From Candidatus Altiarchaeota archaeon (GTDB taxonomy: Archaea; SpSt-1190), in NCBI GenBank assembly GCA_018220955.1, contig JAAOXV010000013.1, positions 1 through 40,257 on the forward strand: DNA of 40,257 nucleotides, written 5' to 3'. Below the pieces are notes generated by a model. The model ran no database searches and was not told where the DNA came from. It was given only the letters and a program-made list of their open reading frames with translations. A program made the position numbers and the translations under genes. Below, piece after piece: positions 9,167 to 18,687 of the stretch (its first letter is position 1; each line of letters begins with the position of its first letter).

Positions 9167-11386
9167 CTAGATGTTCTTACCAAGCCATCTTTCCCAACGG
9201 ACATAGACTTCTTTTGCATCAGCAGCGCCAAGCTCTTGTGAAACCGAGTCACTTATCATATGAAATATGTCATTTGATTGAACAACAAAACCTGCCTCGA
9301 GCAGCTCTGGTTTACCAGTCGAGTCAGCTACCTCGACCAACCTTTGTTTAATTTTGGCCCTGAGTTCGATATTATCCCAAACTTCATCAAAGTTACCGAC
9401 CCAAGCTCTAACTCGGCCAGCGATTGAGTTGATTACCTCGCTTTCTCCATCAAGCAAAACCTTGGTCGGCTCAATCCGGTCTGTCTTTGCATTATACTTC
9501 ATAAGGTCAACAAATCCGTGTTCCCTTAATGGATCATCTTCCCAGTGTTTGCGAACCTCGGTTATCTGAACCAGCCGACGAGCCTTATGCAGGCCGTCAG
9601 CAGTTTTGATTGGGTTCGCGACCAGTATTATGTCTGTTGCTTTAAAGCTGGTTCTTGGTATACCAAGGTCATTCACGACTCGGTCGAACACCCCATATGG
9701 TGAGTCGCCGTGTATGGTTCCAGCTACTACATTGGCCAGTGCACCCACTCGCATGGCCTCATATAATGCAATCGCTTCCTTGCTTCTAACCTCACCAATT
9801 ATGAGTGCACTGTCACCCAGACGCAAGCTAGTCCTGATGCCAGCAGCCGCATCCAGCTCGCTCTCCACACCTACAATCGGGCTCCTTACCTTCATTGGTT
9901 GGATATTATATCCCAACTCCATGAAATGTCTGACTGGTAGCTCAAGTGTGTCTTCGATTGTGATAATCCTATATCGCCTCATTATCTCTGTCATCAAGCT
10001 TTGTAGAACCGAAGTTTTCCCAGCTCCTCTTGTACCTGCGACCAGCATGGTTCTTGAACCATCAACAAAAAAGCTAATCAATCCGGCTGCGAGAGGTGAC
10101 ATCATTCCATGTTTGATGAATAAGGGTAAGGTCCAGGGTTTGGCACGATGTCTCCTAATTGCAAAGCTTAGCCCAAATGGACTCAGACTCTTGGTGATGG
10201 CTGCCACTCTGGCTCGAACCTGACCAAACTCGATATGAGTGTCTAAGACTGGATTGCTTTCATCGAGTGGTCTACCTGACTGTAATCTGAGTCTGGCCGC
10301 CCAGCTCTGAGTTTCCTCATAGGTTGGAAATATGTTAGTTTCACAGTCTTCTGCATCAGCATGATACACAAACACCGGATTTACTAGTGGTGCGTTTATG
10401 GTGATGTCCTGAATATGTGCATCCATTAACAAGAGCTCAAGCACACCAAAACCTACTGTTTCTCTAGTAATGATGTCTGCCAGCTTTTTCTTGTCAAGCT
10501 TGATTCGTCTATTATGTGCCTCTTCCTCAATCATATCTGCAGCTATGTTGTAGATTGCATCTCGTATGGCCTGCGGGTCCACCATTTCATCAGTTTTTGG
10601 TTTATACGCAATCAGACCTTCTTTGATTTTTTCAATTATGCTATATTCAATCTCGCTTAGCTTGAACTCAGGCGGGAGAATATGATAAAACAGTCTAACT
10701 CCTTCTGGTTTTCTAATTATGGTTACATCGGCCTCGCCGACCTTGTATGAATCTATTTCCTCACCGGCCGGATATTGGGCCATCAGCTTGGTGAATGTGA
10801 AATTAGGTCTAACACTTGGTCGGAATATTCGTCTATAGACTGTTCGATCACCTATTTTGTATCCTTCAAGCAGGGGCTGAACAAGCTTGATTAGCTGAAG
10901 TGATTCAAATGTTTCAATCAAGCCAGTCAGAATCTTTACATAATGAAATCGCCATTTTCGATAATTGGAATATACTTCTCGACCTGCCTCAATTTCCTGC
11001 CATCTTTTTTCTCTTTTTAGCTCAACATATGCACCAATTGGGTCTCTAATTGCAGTTCTTGAAATCATTTGCGCAAACTCAACCCACTCTTCCCCAATCG
11101 TGCAACCAGATGGTCTGACTTCTTCTGCACTCAGCTTCAAGCTATCAATCGAGTTTGCCAGCTCGACCAACATTCCAGTCTGCCTTTCATCATACTCACG
11201 TATTCGTCGCTCAATCAACACAAGTAAGTCCAGCTTCCTGAGCTTGCGAATAGCGAGTATGACTTGTTCCATACAGGCCTCGCTTTCCTCTATGGCTGGT
11301 GGAAACGGTTTTCCTGTCAGGTTCATCTCTAGAACTTTTTTATCCCCTACTTGCCTTGTTCGATAATCCACTAAAGTCTCTGACAA
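9167..11386 (-). CDS. Type II/IV secretion (VirB11/TadA/ArlI family) assembly ATPase
   Basis: Walker A GTRGAGKT, Asp box TIEDTLEL, Walker B LIIGEVR, His box GTIHG; long N-terminal extension. Confidence 0.93.
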   Translation of the reverse strand: MSETLVDYRTRQVGDKKVLEMNLTGKPFPPAIEESEACMEQVILAIRKLRKLDLLVLIERRIREYDERQTGMLVELANSIDSLKLSAEEVRPSGCTIGEEWVEFAQMISRTAIRDPIGAYVELKREKRWQEIEAGREVYSNYRKWRFHYVKILTGLIETFESLQLIKLVQPLLEGYKIGDRTVYRRIFRPSVRPNFTFTKLMAQYPAGEEIDSYKVGEADVTIIRKPEGVRLFYHILPPEFKLSEIEYSIIEKIKEGLIAYKPKTDEMVDPQAIRDAIYNIAADMIEEEAHNRRIKLDKKKLADIITRETVGFGVLELLLMDAHIQDITINAPLVNPVFVYHADAEDCETNIFPTYEETQSWAARLRLQSGRPLDESNPVLDTHIEFGQVRARVAAITKSLSPFGLSFAIRRHRAKPWTLPLFIKHGMMSPLAAGLISFFVDGSRTMLVAGTRGAGKTSVLQSLMTEIMRRYRIITIEDTLELPVRHFMELGYNIQPMKVRSPIVGVESELDAAAGIRTSLRLGDSALIIGEVRSKEAIALYEAMRVGALANVVAGTIHGDSPYGVFDRVVNDLGIPRTSFKATDIILVANPIKTADGLHKARRLVQITEVRKHWEDDPLREHGFVDLMKYNAKTDRIEPTKVLLDGESEVINSIAGRVRAWVGNFDEVWDNIELRAKIKQRLVEVADSTGKPELLEAGFVVQSNDIFHMISDSVSQELGAADAKEVYVRWERWLGKNI

Positions 11387-11471
11387 AGCTGGATATAAAT
11401 CTGTTCATCACTCAAATCTGGTTACAATCATAAAATGACAAGCTTTAAGTATGACTCTGACTAAATCTTGC

Positions 11472-11900
11472 ATGACCAAAAAAGCAAAAATCATGATGGA
11501 AACTGTTGAGACCACAAACAAGAGACAATACCATTTGTATCTCATTGATACAGGTTCTTATGAGGCGCCAACAGAAGAATCCCATAAAAACATAGTTGCT
11601 TTGATTGATACTGCTGATCCGTTGGAGTCGATTGATACTGCCAACTATCTTGCCATTGATGTTCCAACAGCGACCCCTGACAACCTAAGAGGATTGATAG
11701 GGACTAGACTTAATAAATTAAAATACAAAACAGATACAGGTTCAGATCGTATTACTAGACATACACCTATTGATATGCAGTTGGTGGATTTCAAAGAAAA
11801 ACAGATGATTGTGTTGTATACTGAAAGGATTGATGTTGCTGCAAAACTTGAAGCCATTAAACAAGGCTTTGAAAAAGACCTGCATTATTACTCTAGTTGA
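11472..11900 (+). CDS. Hypothetical protein, divergent from the T4P operon
   Basis: Open frame; TTTAAG about 25 nt before ATG 11472 suggests a leaderless start (the track uses 11451). No family recognised. Confidence 0.55.
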   Translation: MTKKAKIMMETVETTNKRQYHLYLIDTGSYEAPTEESHKNIVALIDTADPLESIDTANYLAIDVPTATPDNLRGLIGTRLNKLKYKTDTGSDRITRHTPIDMQLVDFKEKQMIVLYTERIDVAAKLEAIKQGFEKDLHYYSS

Positions 11901-11914
11901 AATCTGGATTTATT

Positions 11915-11982
11915 GGCATACCAGCACGACCCCACCGCAGTGGGTTCAGTCAAAAAGCCTGTCATCGGCATACCAGCACGAC
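11915..11982. repeat. Two copies of a 16-bp direct repeat with a 36-bp spacer
   Basis: GGCATACCAGCACGAC at 11915-11930 and 11967-11982. Confidence 0.85.
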
Positions 11983-12033
11983 TGTAGTTGGGTCTATCTA
12001 GCCACCAATGCTCTACTAGTTTTGGTGCCCTAT

Positions 12034-12183
12034 ATGGGTGAGGTGAAGTGTCCTAACTGTAAGAGACAGTGGCCAGATGACGGGGGTGCGGGTTTGGTCA
12101 GATACTATCAATGTCCAATCTGCGGAACAGTGTTTGCAATAAACCAAGAGTTAAATCAATTAACTCTTAAAATATTCAGTTAG
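12034..12183 (+). CDS. 49-aa Zn-ribbon microprotein
   Basis: MGEVKCPNCKRQWPDDGGAGLVRYYQCPICGTVFAIN...; CPNC and CPICG knuckles. Confidence 0.65.
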   Translation: MGEVKCPNCKRQWPDDGGAGLVRYYQCPICGTVFAINQELNQLTLKIFS

Positions 12184-12397
12184 GACGGCTCCTTCCCTTT
12201 TCCTGAAAATAGGTGTTTTTTCCATAAAGTGAATAAATGACATGATTATTATGAACATCGACATTTTAAACAACAATTATTTTTCACATAAAATGCTTTG
12301 ATGAGCACATTTTTCAAAGGTGTGAATAAGTGGTTATTTGGATAGTTTCACATGGTTAGGAGCACTCAATCATAGTAACAAGACCCCTAAGGGTTTG

Positions 12398-12527
12398 GGT
12401 TTGTTTAAAAGCAAACCGCCAAAGTCTTTTATACCAGAGTCCGACTAAGGGTTCTACAGGGGTGACTACAGTTACCCTTGTCGAAAAGTAGTTCGGCGAA
12501 AGCAGGACTACAAAAAGGTGAACGAAC
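12398..12527 (+). promoter_or_regulatory. S-layer promoter and structured 5' leader
   Basis: Imperfect palindrome 12398-12417; TATA-like TTTTATA 12427-12433; hairpins 12458-12479 and 12488-12511 (GAAA loop); RBS AGGTGA 12516-12521. Confidence 0.6.
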
Positions 12528-14759
12528 ATGCAAGAAATAAAAGGAAAAATTAAGGTAGTTGCAGCAGCTTTGGCTGGGGGCCTCATGATAGGGGCAACAA
12601 TGGCTGGAGCAGTAGCAGCAAACCTTGGAGACCTACCAGCTCCGTTCGTAGAGAACAGTCAGCTGAACTCGCAGATCGTCATTGGTGCAAATGCAGCAGT
12701 AGCAGATGTTATTGCAGCAGCTCAGGTTTCGGCCGCACTCGGTGAATATATGATCAGCGCAGTATCAACTGGTGGAGCAACAACAGTCAGTGGCGGAACA
12801 CAAGACGAAGACGTTCTTGGAGCAGCGGTATACATCGGCTTAGGCAAGTATACTTTCAAGGATAACGACATTCCGAAACTACAGGACACTGAAATTAGTT
12901 TCAGTGATGACACATTTGATATCCACGAGGAAGTTATATTGGGTCAAACAAACCTGAAACTGGTTACTGGTGTAGGTACATCGGACATGTCTGGTATCAA
13001 TGATGCAGACACTTATGGCAGCGACGTAGCTTCCAAGACCTATATGAAGGTCACAGAGGACGACATCACATACAAGTATGTATTTGACGACAACGTGCCT
13101 GTTGGAGACATCGACACTACTCATCTATTGAAGATAAACTTCTTGGGTAGCCAACTCGAAATTTCAGCAGCAACCGAGTCTAACAATGCAACTTCAGGTG
13201 TGGACGAGGTTACCGTATCAATCGGTACTGAGTACGTTCTCGCACAAGGAGCAACAGCTGTTGTTGACGCTAAGACTGTTACAGTTGACACAATAGGCGA
13301 CTCTTCAGTAGCACTTTCGATTTCAGGAAGCGGCTGCTCTGATACAGACTTTGTAAGCTCAGGATCTACCTGGGAAACAAGCTGTGGAGTTGACGTGAAA
13401 GTCGAGAGTATATTGTATGTTGACGCAGGTCACGCTGACAACAAGGTAAAGGTTAGTATTGGTACAGATATTACCAAGACCTACAAGCACGGAGAAGCAT
13501 ATATCGGATATGAAGACGAAGACACTCCAACATGGGTATGGGACATCCTAATAGGTGTAGACGACAAGATTGATTCAATCGGTGTTGCATACAACTTGGA
13601 TATAACCAGCCTTGACGACTCGCCGATTTCGGTGGGTGGAGAGCTAGCTCTTCCAGGAGATTTCGTAGTGCTCAGGCTTGTAGACTACAATACTGATACC
13701 TATGGTCAGTTTGATGTCAAAATAGACAGCTCTGAAAAAATCTATGACGCAGCTGGAACAAACTTGTACGTGAGCAACCTACCAGTGCTTATATTTGATG
13801 GACCAGAAGACGATTCATTCGCAGGTGGAAGTTGGGAATCTGAAAAGATTGCTATACACTTAAACGCCACGGGTGCATATATCGGATACTGGGACACTGA
13901 TAAGAGCAAGTGGTTGTACCATGGCAAGAACGAGACCAACACTATTGGTGGTGGACTTAACTTCACTGCAAACTGGGATACTGCAGTTAACATCGTGCAG
14001 GATGACTCAATAATTGATGTCTACCTGAGAAACGCAGGATACCCAACCAGTGTCGATGCAGAGGCATACTTAGATGTCAGCGGTCACGCAGACACTCTAA
14101 TAATTGACCCAGCAGACGACCTGAGCTCATTGGGAGCAACAGCAAACCAGGCTGAATCTGGCGAAGTTACTCTTGGTGGTATTGATATCAGTACCTACAA
14201 GACCGATGTCAGAAGCAACTATGGTATAGTATTGTTAAACCCAGACAGCAACGGTGACACCGATAAGGTGAAGTTCCAAGTACCAGATGAACAGGTTAAA
14301 GTTAACGTATATCTAGGTGACCCAACTGGTGGAGCAACCGCTTCAGCAGCAGACATTACCTACACATACGCACCGATAACCACCGAAGTAGCAGTTATGG
14401 ATAGCGAGGCAAGTACCACACAACCGATGATCGTCATTGGTGGACCAGGTATCAACAGCCTAGCACAACAGCTATTAGGAAGCAGGGAAACTAGCTTTGA
14501 GGAATGGAAGACATTCTTCGGATACGATGACGCAACTGCCACAGGCAAAGGTGTTATCAAAGTCTATGACGCTGCAGACACACCTTGGACACAGCCCGCA
14601 GTACTAATTGCAGGTTGGGAAGCAAAAGATACCAGAGCAGCTGGTTACATATTTGCTAAATATCTCAGCCAAGAAGCAGTTAGCGAGTGGGACAGTAAGA
14701 CTAAGGTCGTAATTTCTGGTGAAACAGTCACTGGATCTACAGTCTCGTCAACCGAATAG
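12528..14759 (+). CDS. S-layer protein (S_layer_N/S_layer_C type)
   Basis: Signal peptide, then LGDLPAPFV...IVIGANAAVADVIAAAQVSAAL; C-terminal IVIGGPGINSL and LIAGWEAKDTRAA; acidic and Thr/Gly-rich with N-x-S/T sequons. Confidence 0.88.
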   Translation: MQEIKGKIKVVAAALAGGLMIGATMAGAVAANLGDLPAPFVENSQLNSQIVIGANAAVADVIAAAQVSAALGEYMISAVSTGGATTVSGGTQDEDVLGAAVYIGLGKYTFKDNDIPKLQDTEISFSDDTFDIHEEVILGQTNLKLVTGVGTSDMSGINDADTYGSDVASKTYMKVTEDDITYKYVFDDNVPVGDIDTTHLLKINFLGSQLEISAATESNNATSGVDEVTVSIGTEYVLAQGATAVVDAKTVTVDTIGDSSVALSISGSGCSDTDFVSSGSTWETSCGVDVKVESILYVDAGHADNKVKVSIGTDITKTYKHGEAYIGYEDEDTPTWVWDILIGVDDKIDSIGVAYNLDITSLDDSPISVGGELALPGDFVVLRLVDYNTDTYGQFDVKIDSSEKIYDAAGTNLYVSNLPVLIFDGPEDDSFAGGSWESEKIAIHLNATGAYIGYWDTDKSKWLYHGKNETNTIGGGLNFTANWDTAVNIVQDDSIIDVYLRNAGYPTSVDAEAYLDVSGHADTLIIDPADDLSSLGATANQAESGEVTLGGIDISTYKTDVRSNYGIVLLNPDSNGDTDKVKFQVPDEQVKVNVYLGDPTGGATASAADITYTYAPITTEVAVMDSEASTTQPMIVIGGPGINSLAQQLLGSRETSFEEWKTFFGYDDATATGKGVIKVYDAADTPWTQPAVLIAGWEAKDTRAAGYIFAKYLSQEAVSEWDSKTKVVISGETVTGSTVSSTE

Positions 14760-14790
14760 GGTCTTAGACCCTTTCTTTTTTATTTTTTTA
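14758..14790 (+). terminator. Hairpin plus oligo-T terminator after the S-layer gene
   Basis: AGGGTC-TTA-GACCCT followed by a long T-rich tract. Confidence 0.75.
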
Positions 14791-14846
14791 TATCTGGGCG
14801 TCAGCCCTATCAAAATAGTTTTAAACCCAGACCAAGCTCTTGAGAT

Positions 14847-15389
14847 ATGGGACTCAGACCTGGTTGGTGTTACCGAAAGCCGAAAAGACCGGCCTATACG
14901 CGTATCGCTAACAAAAAGATGAAAAAAGCATTTATTAGAGGTGTACCAGGCATAAGAATCCCTTTGTTTGATATGGGCAATAAGTCCAAGCGACAATGGA
15001 AATATGAGATAGACTTGATATCCAAGGATGAGATGCAGCTCAGGCATAACCAGCTAGAGGCGGCCAGGCAGACGATAAACAAAGAGCTTGTTAATATCTA
15101 TAGTAAACAGGGATTTTTTATGCGTCTTAGAACTTATCCACATCATGTAATGAGGGAGAATCCAATTGCGACAGGTGCAGGGGCTGACCGATTCCAGCGT
15201 GGGATGAAAAAATCGTTTGGCAAACCGATTGGCCGAGCTGCTCGAGTCAAGCCTGGCAGTATCATTTTTTCAATTTGGGTGGACAATATCGATAAGATTG
15301 ACATAATAAAGGCTGCAATGAGACGTGCAGCCCAGAAGATGTCTGGTCAATATACTATCAAGATAGACAAGTATGACGGCACGCTTTAA
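14847..15389 (+). CDS. rpl10e: 50S ribosomal protein L10e (uL16)
   Basis: MGLRPGWCYR, QLEAAR, YPHHVMREN, GADRFQRGMKKSFGKP. Confidence 0.97.
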   Translation: MGLRPGWCYRKPKRPAYTRIANKKMKKAFIRGVPGIRIPLFDMGNKSKRQWKYEIDLISKDEMQLRHNQLEAARQTINKELVNIYSKQGFFMRLRTYPHHVMRENPIATGAGADRFQRGMKKSFGKPIGRAARVKPGSIIFSIWVDNIDKIDIIKAAMRRAAQKMSGQYTIKIDKYDGTL

Positions 15390-15426
15390 TCATAGCGTTT
15401 ATTAAAGAGTCAGCTAAACTATTATT

Positions 15427-15831
15427 GTGCTTTCATCGATATTACGAGCCTTTGGAGTAAAGAATGAACAGCCAAAGGACTTGGATGGAAAAATGGACGC
15501 GGTCCTGTCAATAGTTGGTGAGGTCAGGGATGAACTCAAACCGCTTGGACCTGATGGTTCAAGAGTAAGTCGACTTGAGATGATGTTGTCTACCATATCT
15601 CAGCTAGCTCCTGGTGACAGGGACATAGTCAGACAAGAGCTTGACTCACTTGAGGTTGATGAACAAATACTTGAGTTTTCAGACAAGCCAAAAAATATCG
15701 AAGAGATAGCAAAAAAAATAGGCAGAAGCTATGGATATACAGCCAACCGGCTTAGGAAGTTAATGAGGTTGGGGCGAGTTATGAGAAAACGGGATGCAGT
15801 TACGAGAAAATATGTTTATATGAGGCTTTGA
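15427..15831 (+). CDS. Protein with C-terminal winged-helix HTH, probable regulator
   Basis: KNIEEIAKKIGRSYGYTANRLRKLMRLGRV plus wing. Confidence 0.7.
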   Translation: MLSSILRAFGVKNEQPKDLDGKMDAVLSIVGEVRDELKPLGPDGSRVSRLEMMLSTISQLAPGDRDIVRQELDSLEVDEQILEFSDKPKNIEEIAKKIGRSYGYTANRLRKLMRLGRVMRKRDAVTRKYVYMRL

Positions 15832-16754
15832 TCAAGTCGCCATTTTTGTTCAAACCAAGCTTTTTCAGGCGAGATTGCTTTGTCTTTGTGAACCAGTCCT
15901 GACCAGGCAATCATTGCACCATTATCTCCAGCTAGCTCAGCTGGGACCACGAACGACTTGGCCCCTCTTTCTTTACACATGATATCCATCATCTCCTGCA
16001 ACCGTTTGTTCTGAGCCACTCCACCAACTAACAAGAGATTTTTTTTATCCAAGTGCGCCATTGCACGCTCGCTTATCTCTGTTAGCATAGCAAAACAGTG
16101 TTCCTGAAATGAATAAGCTATGTCTGCTTGGCTTTCTTGTTCAATAAGATTGGCTGCATGAGTGACTAGGCCAGAATAGCTTAGGTCCATTCCTTTGACT
16201 ATATATGGCATCTCGATAAATTTTTTTCCAGTTTTTGCCAGCTTTTCTATTTTTGGTCCACCAGGATGACTCAAGCCGAATTTTCTGGCCAACTTGTCGA
16301 CCGCATTGCCTAGCGAAATATCTTGGGTTTCCCCAAAGACCCGCCATCCTTGGTTGTCTGCGATTATCTGAGTATTCCCGCCACTCACATAGACCACCAG
16401 TGGGTCGGTCACACCAGTCGATTTTAACCCTATTTCTATATGTGCCTCTGCGTGATTGACTGGTACAAGCTTTGTTTTGTATTTGACAGCTAGATATTTG
16501 GCGATTATCATTCCGACCTTTAAGCAATGACCTATCCCTGGCCCGGCCGAGTATGCGATTAGTTCTGGTGGTTCTATCATCCCAGCTTTGATAACACTGG
16601 CCGCATTCCTTGCCAGAAAATCTGCTGACTCGCTTGGATGAATTCCACCAGAATCTGGCTCAAACATCCTAACAACATTGCTAGCTATCTTGTTGTCTAT
16701 CACCATCCCGACCCCAAAGCTATGTGCGGTCGACTCTATGCCAAGCACTTTCAC
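15816..16754 (-). CDS. kae1: tRNA N6-threonylcarbamoyltransferase Kae1 (no Bud32 fusion)
   Basis: LGIESTAH, AGPG, VNHAEAHIE, VSGGNT, DNGAMIA. Confidence 0.96.
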   Translation of the reverse strand: MKVLGIESTAHSFGVGMVIDNKIASNVVRMFEPDSGGIHPSESADFLARNAASVIKAGMIEPPELIAYSAGPGIGHCLKVGMIIAKYLAVKYKTKLVPVNHAEAHIEIGLKSTGVTDPLVVYVSGGNTQIIADNQGWRVFGETQDISLGNAVDKLARKFGLSHPGGPKIEKLAKTGKKFIEMPYIVKGMDLSYSGLVTHAANLIEQESQADIAYSFQEHCFAMLTEISERAMAHLDKKNLLLVGGVAQNKRLQEMMDIMCKERGAKSFVVPAELAGDNGAMIAWSGLVHKDKAISPEKAWFEQKWRLDQSLI

Positions 16755-16807
16755 TTGGCAAATCTGCTCAAAAGTTTAAAAGAACATTCTTTTAATCCAT
16801 CAAACGC

Positions 16808-18034
16808 TTGGTAGTTGTGGAAATCTGGAATCTTTTGTTATTAGGCATAATCTATGTGACATTGTTTTTCGGGCTTTTCTGGATTTTGATTTATTTGAAT
16901 GGCCAGCCAGTTCAGAGAAAGAGCAAGAGAAAACCATTTGTTAGTATACTTGTTCCAGCACACAATGAGGAAAAAGTGATAGCTGAGTCAGTGAAAAATC
17001 TGAAACAGCTAAAGTATCCAAGATTTGAAATAATTGTAATAGATGACGAGTCTAGCGACAGGACAGCTGAGCTGGCAAAAAAGGCTGGCGCAAGAGTGAT
17101 TAGTCCAAAACGATCAGGCAAGGCAGGTGCATTGAACCAAGGCCTGAAGATTGCTAAAGGCGAGATAATCGCTGTGGTGGATGCAGATACCTTAGTCGCA
17201 AAAGACGCGCTTGAGAATGCAGTAAAATATATGACAGATGATATTGCGGCCGTGATTGCGAGAATTTGTGTGGAAAATGATGAAACCGCGCTTGGCTCGG
17301 TTCAACGGCTTGAATACAATATCAGCAATTTTGGACGTATGATGGCTTCTTGGATAGGTTGTTTGAACATATTGCCGGGTGCGCTTTCATTGATAAGGCG
17401 GGATGTTTTGGATTCAGTGGGTCCGTTCGACACAGATAGTATCACCGAGGATTATGAGATGGGAATGAGGATAGTCTCACAAGGACACAAGATTGCTTAT
17501 GCGCAAGAATCGCTTGCATATACACATGTGCCGGCAAACATATCGAGCTGGTTTCGTCAAAGAATCAGGTGGTTCAGAGGTAGGGTGGAGACCCTGTGGA
17601 AATACAAGCATATGCTGTTCAATAAAAAATATTACCCGCAATCACATTATCTGGCGGTCGAGCTCTTATCATTTTTCGTGATTTTCATGACGACATTGAT
17701 TACTATCAGATATGCCTATACTTTTTCAAAAAAGATTTATTTGTTTGTTGTGTCTAAATTCATTTCACAGATGTTGCCTGTTTTTGGAGGCAGTATTCCT
17801 ATTATGAACATCAAAAACAGAATACTTTTCAGTAATTGGACAGTCAACCTGTTTTTGTTTGTATCTGGCTATTTGTTTTTGTTCCAGATTGGTGAGCTAT
17901 ACAAGAACTGGAATCAGGACAAAGAAAAACCCATGAATTTTTTAATATTCTTTTTAATATATACTCGCGTGCTTGCATTTGCATGGCTAAAAGGGGGATG
18001 GAATGTGATAACCGGGGCTGAGAAAAAATGGTGA
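16808..18034 (+). CDS. Processive GT2 glycosyltransferase (PgaC/cellulose-synthase-like)
   Basis: VPAHNEE, DDESSD, GKAGALN, DAD, TED, QRIRW; N- and C-terminal TMs. Confidence 0.9.
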   Translation: MVVVEIWNLLLLGIIYVTLFFGLFWILIYLNGQPVQRKSKRKPFVSILVPAHNEEKVIAESVKNLKQLKYPRFEIIVIDDESSDRTAELAKKAGARVISPKRSGKAGALNQGLKIAKGEIIAVVDADTLVAKDALENAVKYMTDDIAAVIARICVENDETALGSVQRLEYNISNFGRMMASWIGCLNILPGALSLIRRDVLDSVGPFDTDSITEDYEMGMRIVSQGHKIAYAQESLAYTHVPANISSWFRQRIRWFRGRVETLWKYKHMLFNKKYYPQSHYLAVELLSFFVIFMTTLITIRYAYTFSKKIYLFVVSKFISQMLPVFGGSIPIMNIKNRILFSNWTVNLFLFVSGYLFLFQIGELYKNWNQDKEKPMNFLIFFLIYTRVLAFAWLKGGWNVITGAEKKW

Positions 18035-18687
18035 AAAAATTTATTAGAATGGCATTATTACTCTCGACCATAATCTTCTTGTCTGGTATTTTCCTTGGAG
18101 TCAATATAGACAAGCTTCAGCAAGACCATGTTGTCGAGATTCTTAAAACAGAGTGGGATGAGCTTGAGACTGTCCAGTTGTTGTTGTTGATGACGTCTGT
18201 AAACACAACCTGCCCAGAGAGCCCTAGAGAAGTACTTTATCCAATTTACAAAAAGCTAGAGGATGCCAGACAAACCTTTGAGATTTTTTCAGATGGGCGA
18301 TTCATGCTTGATCAAGAGAGATATGATGCGATTTCCGGTGATTATCTTCATTTGAATATCCGAGCTTGGTTGATGTCCGAAGAGCTTAGGGCGAGATGTG
18401 GAGAATTTCATACAGTCGCATTCTTCTTTGTTCCTTCTGAACCAAACTGTATGGCAGAGCGAGATGTGCTTGAGGGTTTGAAAGATGAGTATGGAGACCA
18501 GTTTATGTTATTCCATATTGATATGACCCAAGAAAACCCTGCGCTCGAGAGCCTAAAAGCACTTTACGACATTCCTGGTGCGCCAGCAATCATTGTTGAT
18601 GGACAACACTTGTTCCGCGGCTTTGTTGGTAAGACTACCATAAGTGCAGTGTTTAATGATGATGAATATGAAAGCCCTGTCACTTAA
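18028..18687 (+). CDS. Membrane-anchored protein with C-terminal thioredoxin-like fold
   Basis: N-terminal TM; VAFFF..SEPNC..., YDIPGAPAIIVDG...FRGF; no intact CxxC. Confidence 0.6.
   Translation: MVKKFIRMALLLSTIIFLSGIFLGVNIDKLQQDHVVEILKTEWDELETVQLLLLMTSVNTTCPESPREVLYPIYKKLEDARQTFEIFSDGRFMLDQERYDAISGDYLHLNIRAWLMSEELRARCGEFHTVAFFFVPSEPNCMAERDVLEGLKDEYGDQFMLFHIDMTQENPALESLKALYDIPGAPAIIVDGQHLFRGFVGKTTISAVFNDDEYESPVT

Noticed and set aside
845-11366. Plus-strand ORFs in the track (e.g. 3109..3414, 9606..10223, 10965..11366)
   Set aside because: Antisense shadows of a fully tiled minus-strand operon, with no recognisable motifs.
405-11386. Archaellum operon
   Set aside because: No archaellin N-terminal motif (GIGTLIVFIAMVLVAAV-like) and no ArlH, ArlF or ArlG recognised; better described as a non-archaellum T4P-like system.
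11925-11970. Hammerhead ribozyme or C/D box sRNA on the minus strand (CCGATGA...CTGAAC...GTC)
   Set aside because: The core deviates (CCGAUGA rather than CUGAUGA, GAA rather than GAAA, weak stem I), and no second C/D box pair is visible.
11915-11982. CRISPR mini-array
   Set aside because: Only two 16-bp copies, shorter than CRISPR repeats, with no third unit and no cas genes in the window.
11809-12033. N-terminal 75 codons of track ORF 11809..12183
   Set aside because: Overlaps the upstream gene and spans the direct repeat; only the Zn-ribbon part from ATG 12034 looks protein-like.
12184-12380. AT-rich intergenic stretch as replication origin
   Set aside because: No ORB-like repeats and no adjacent orc1/cdc6 gene.
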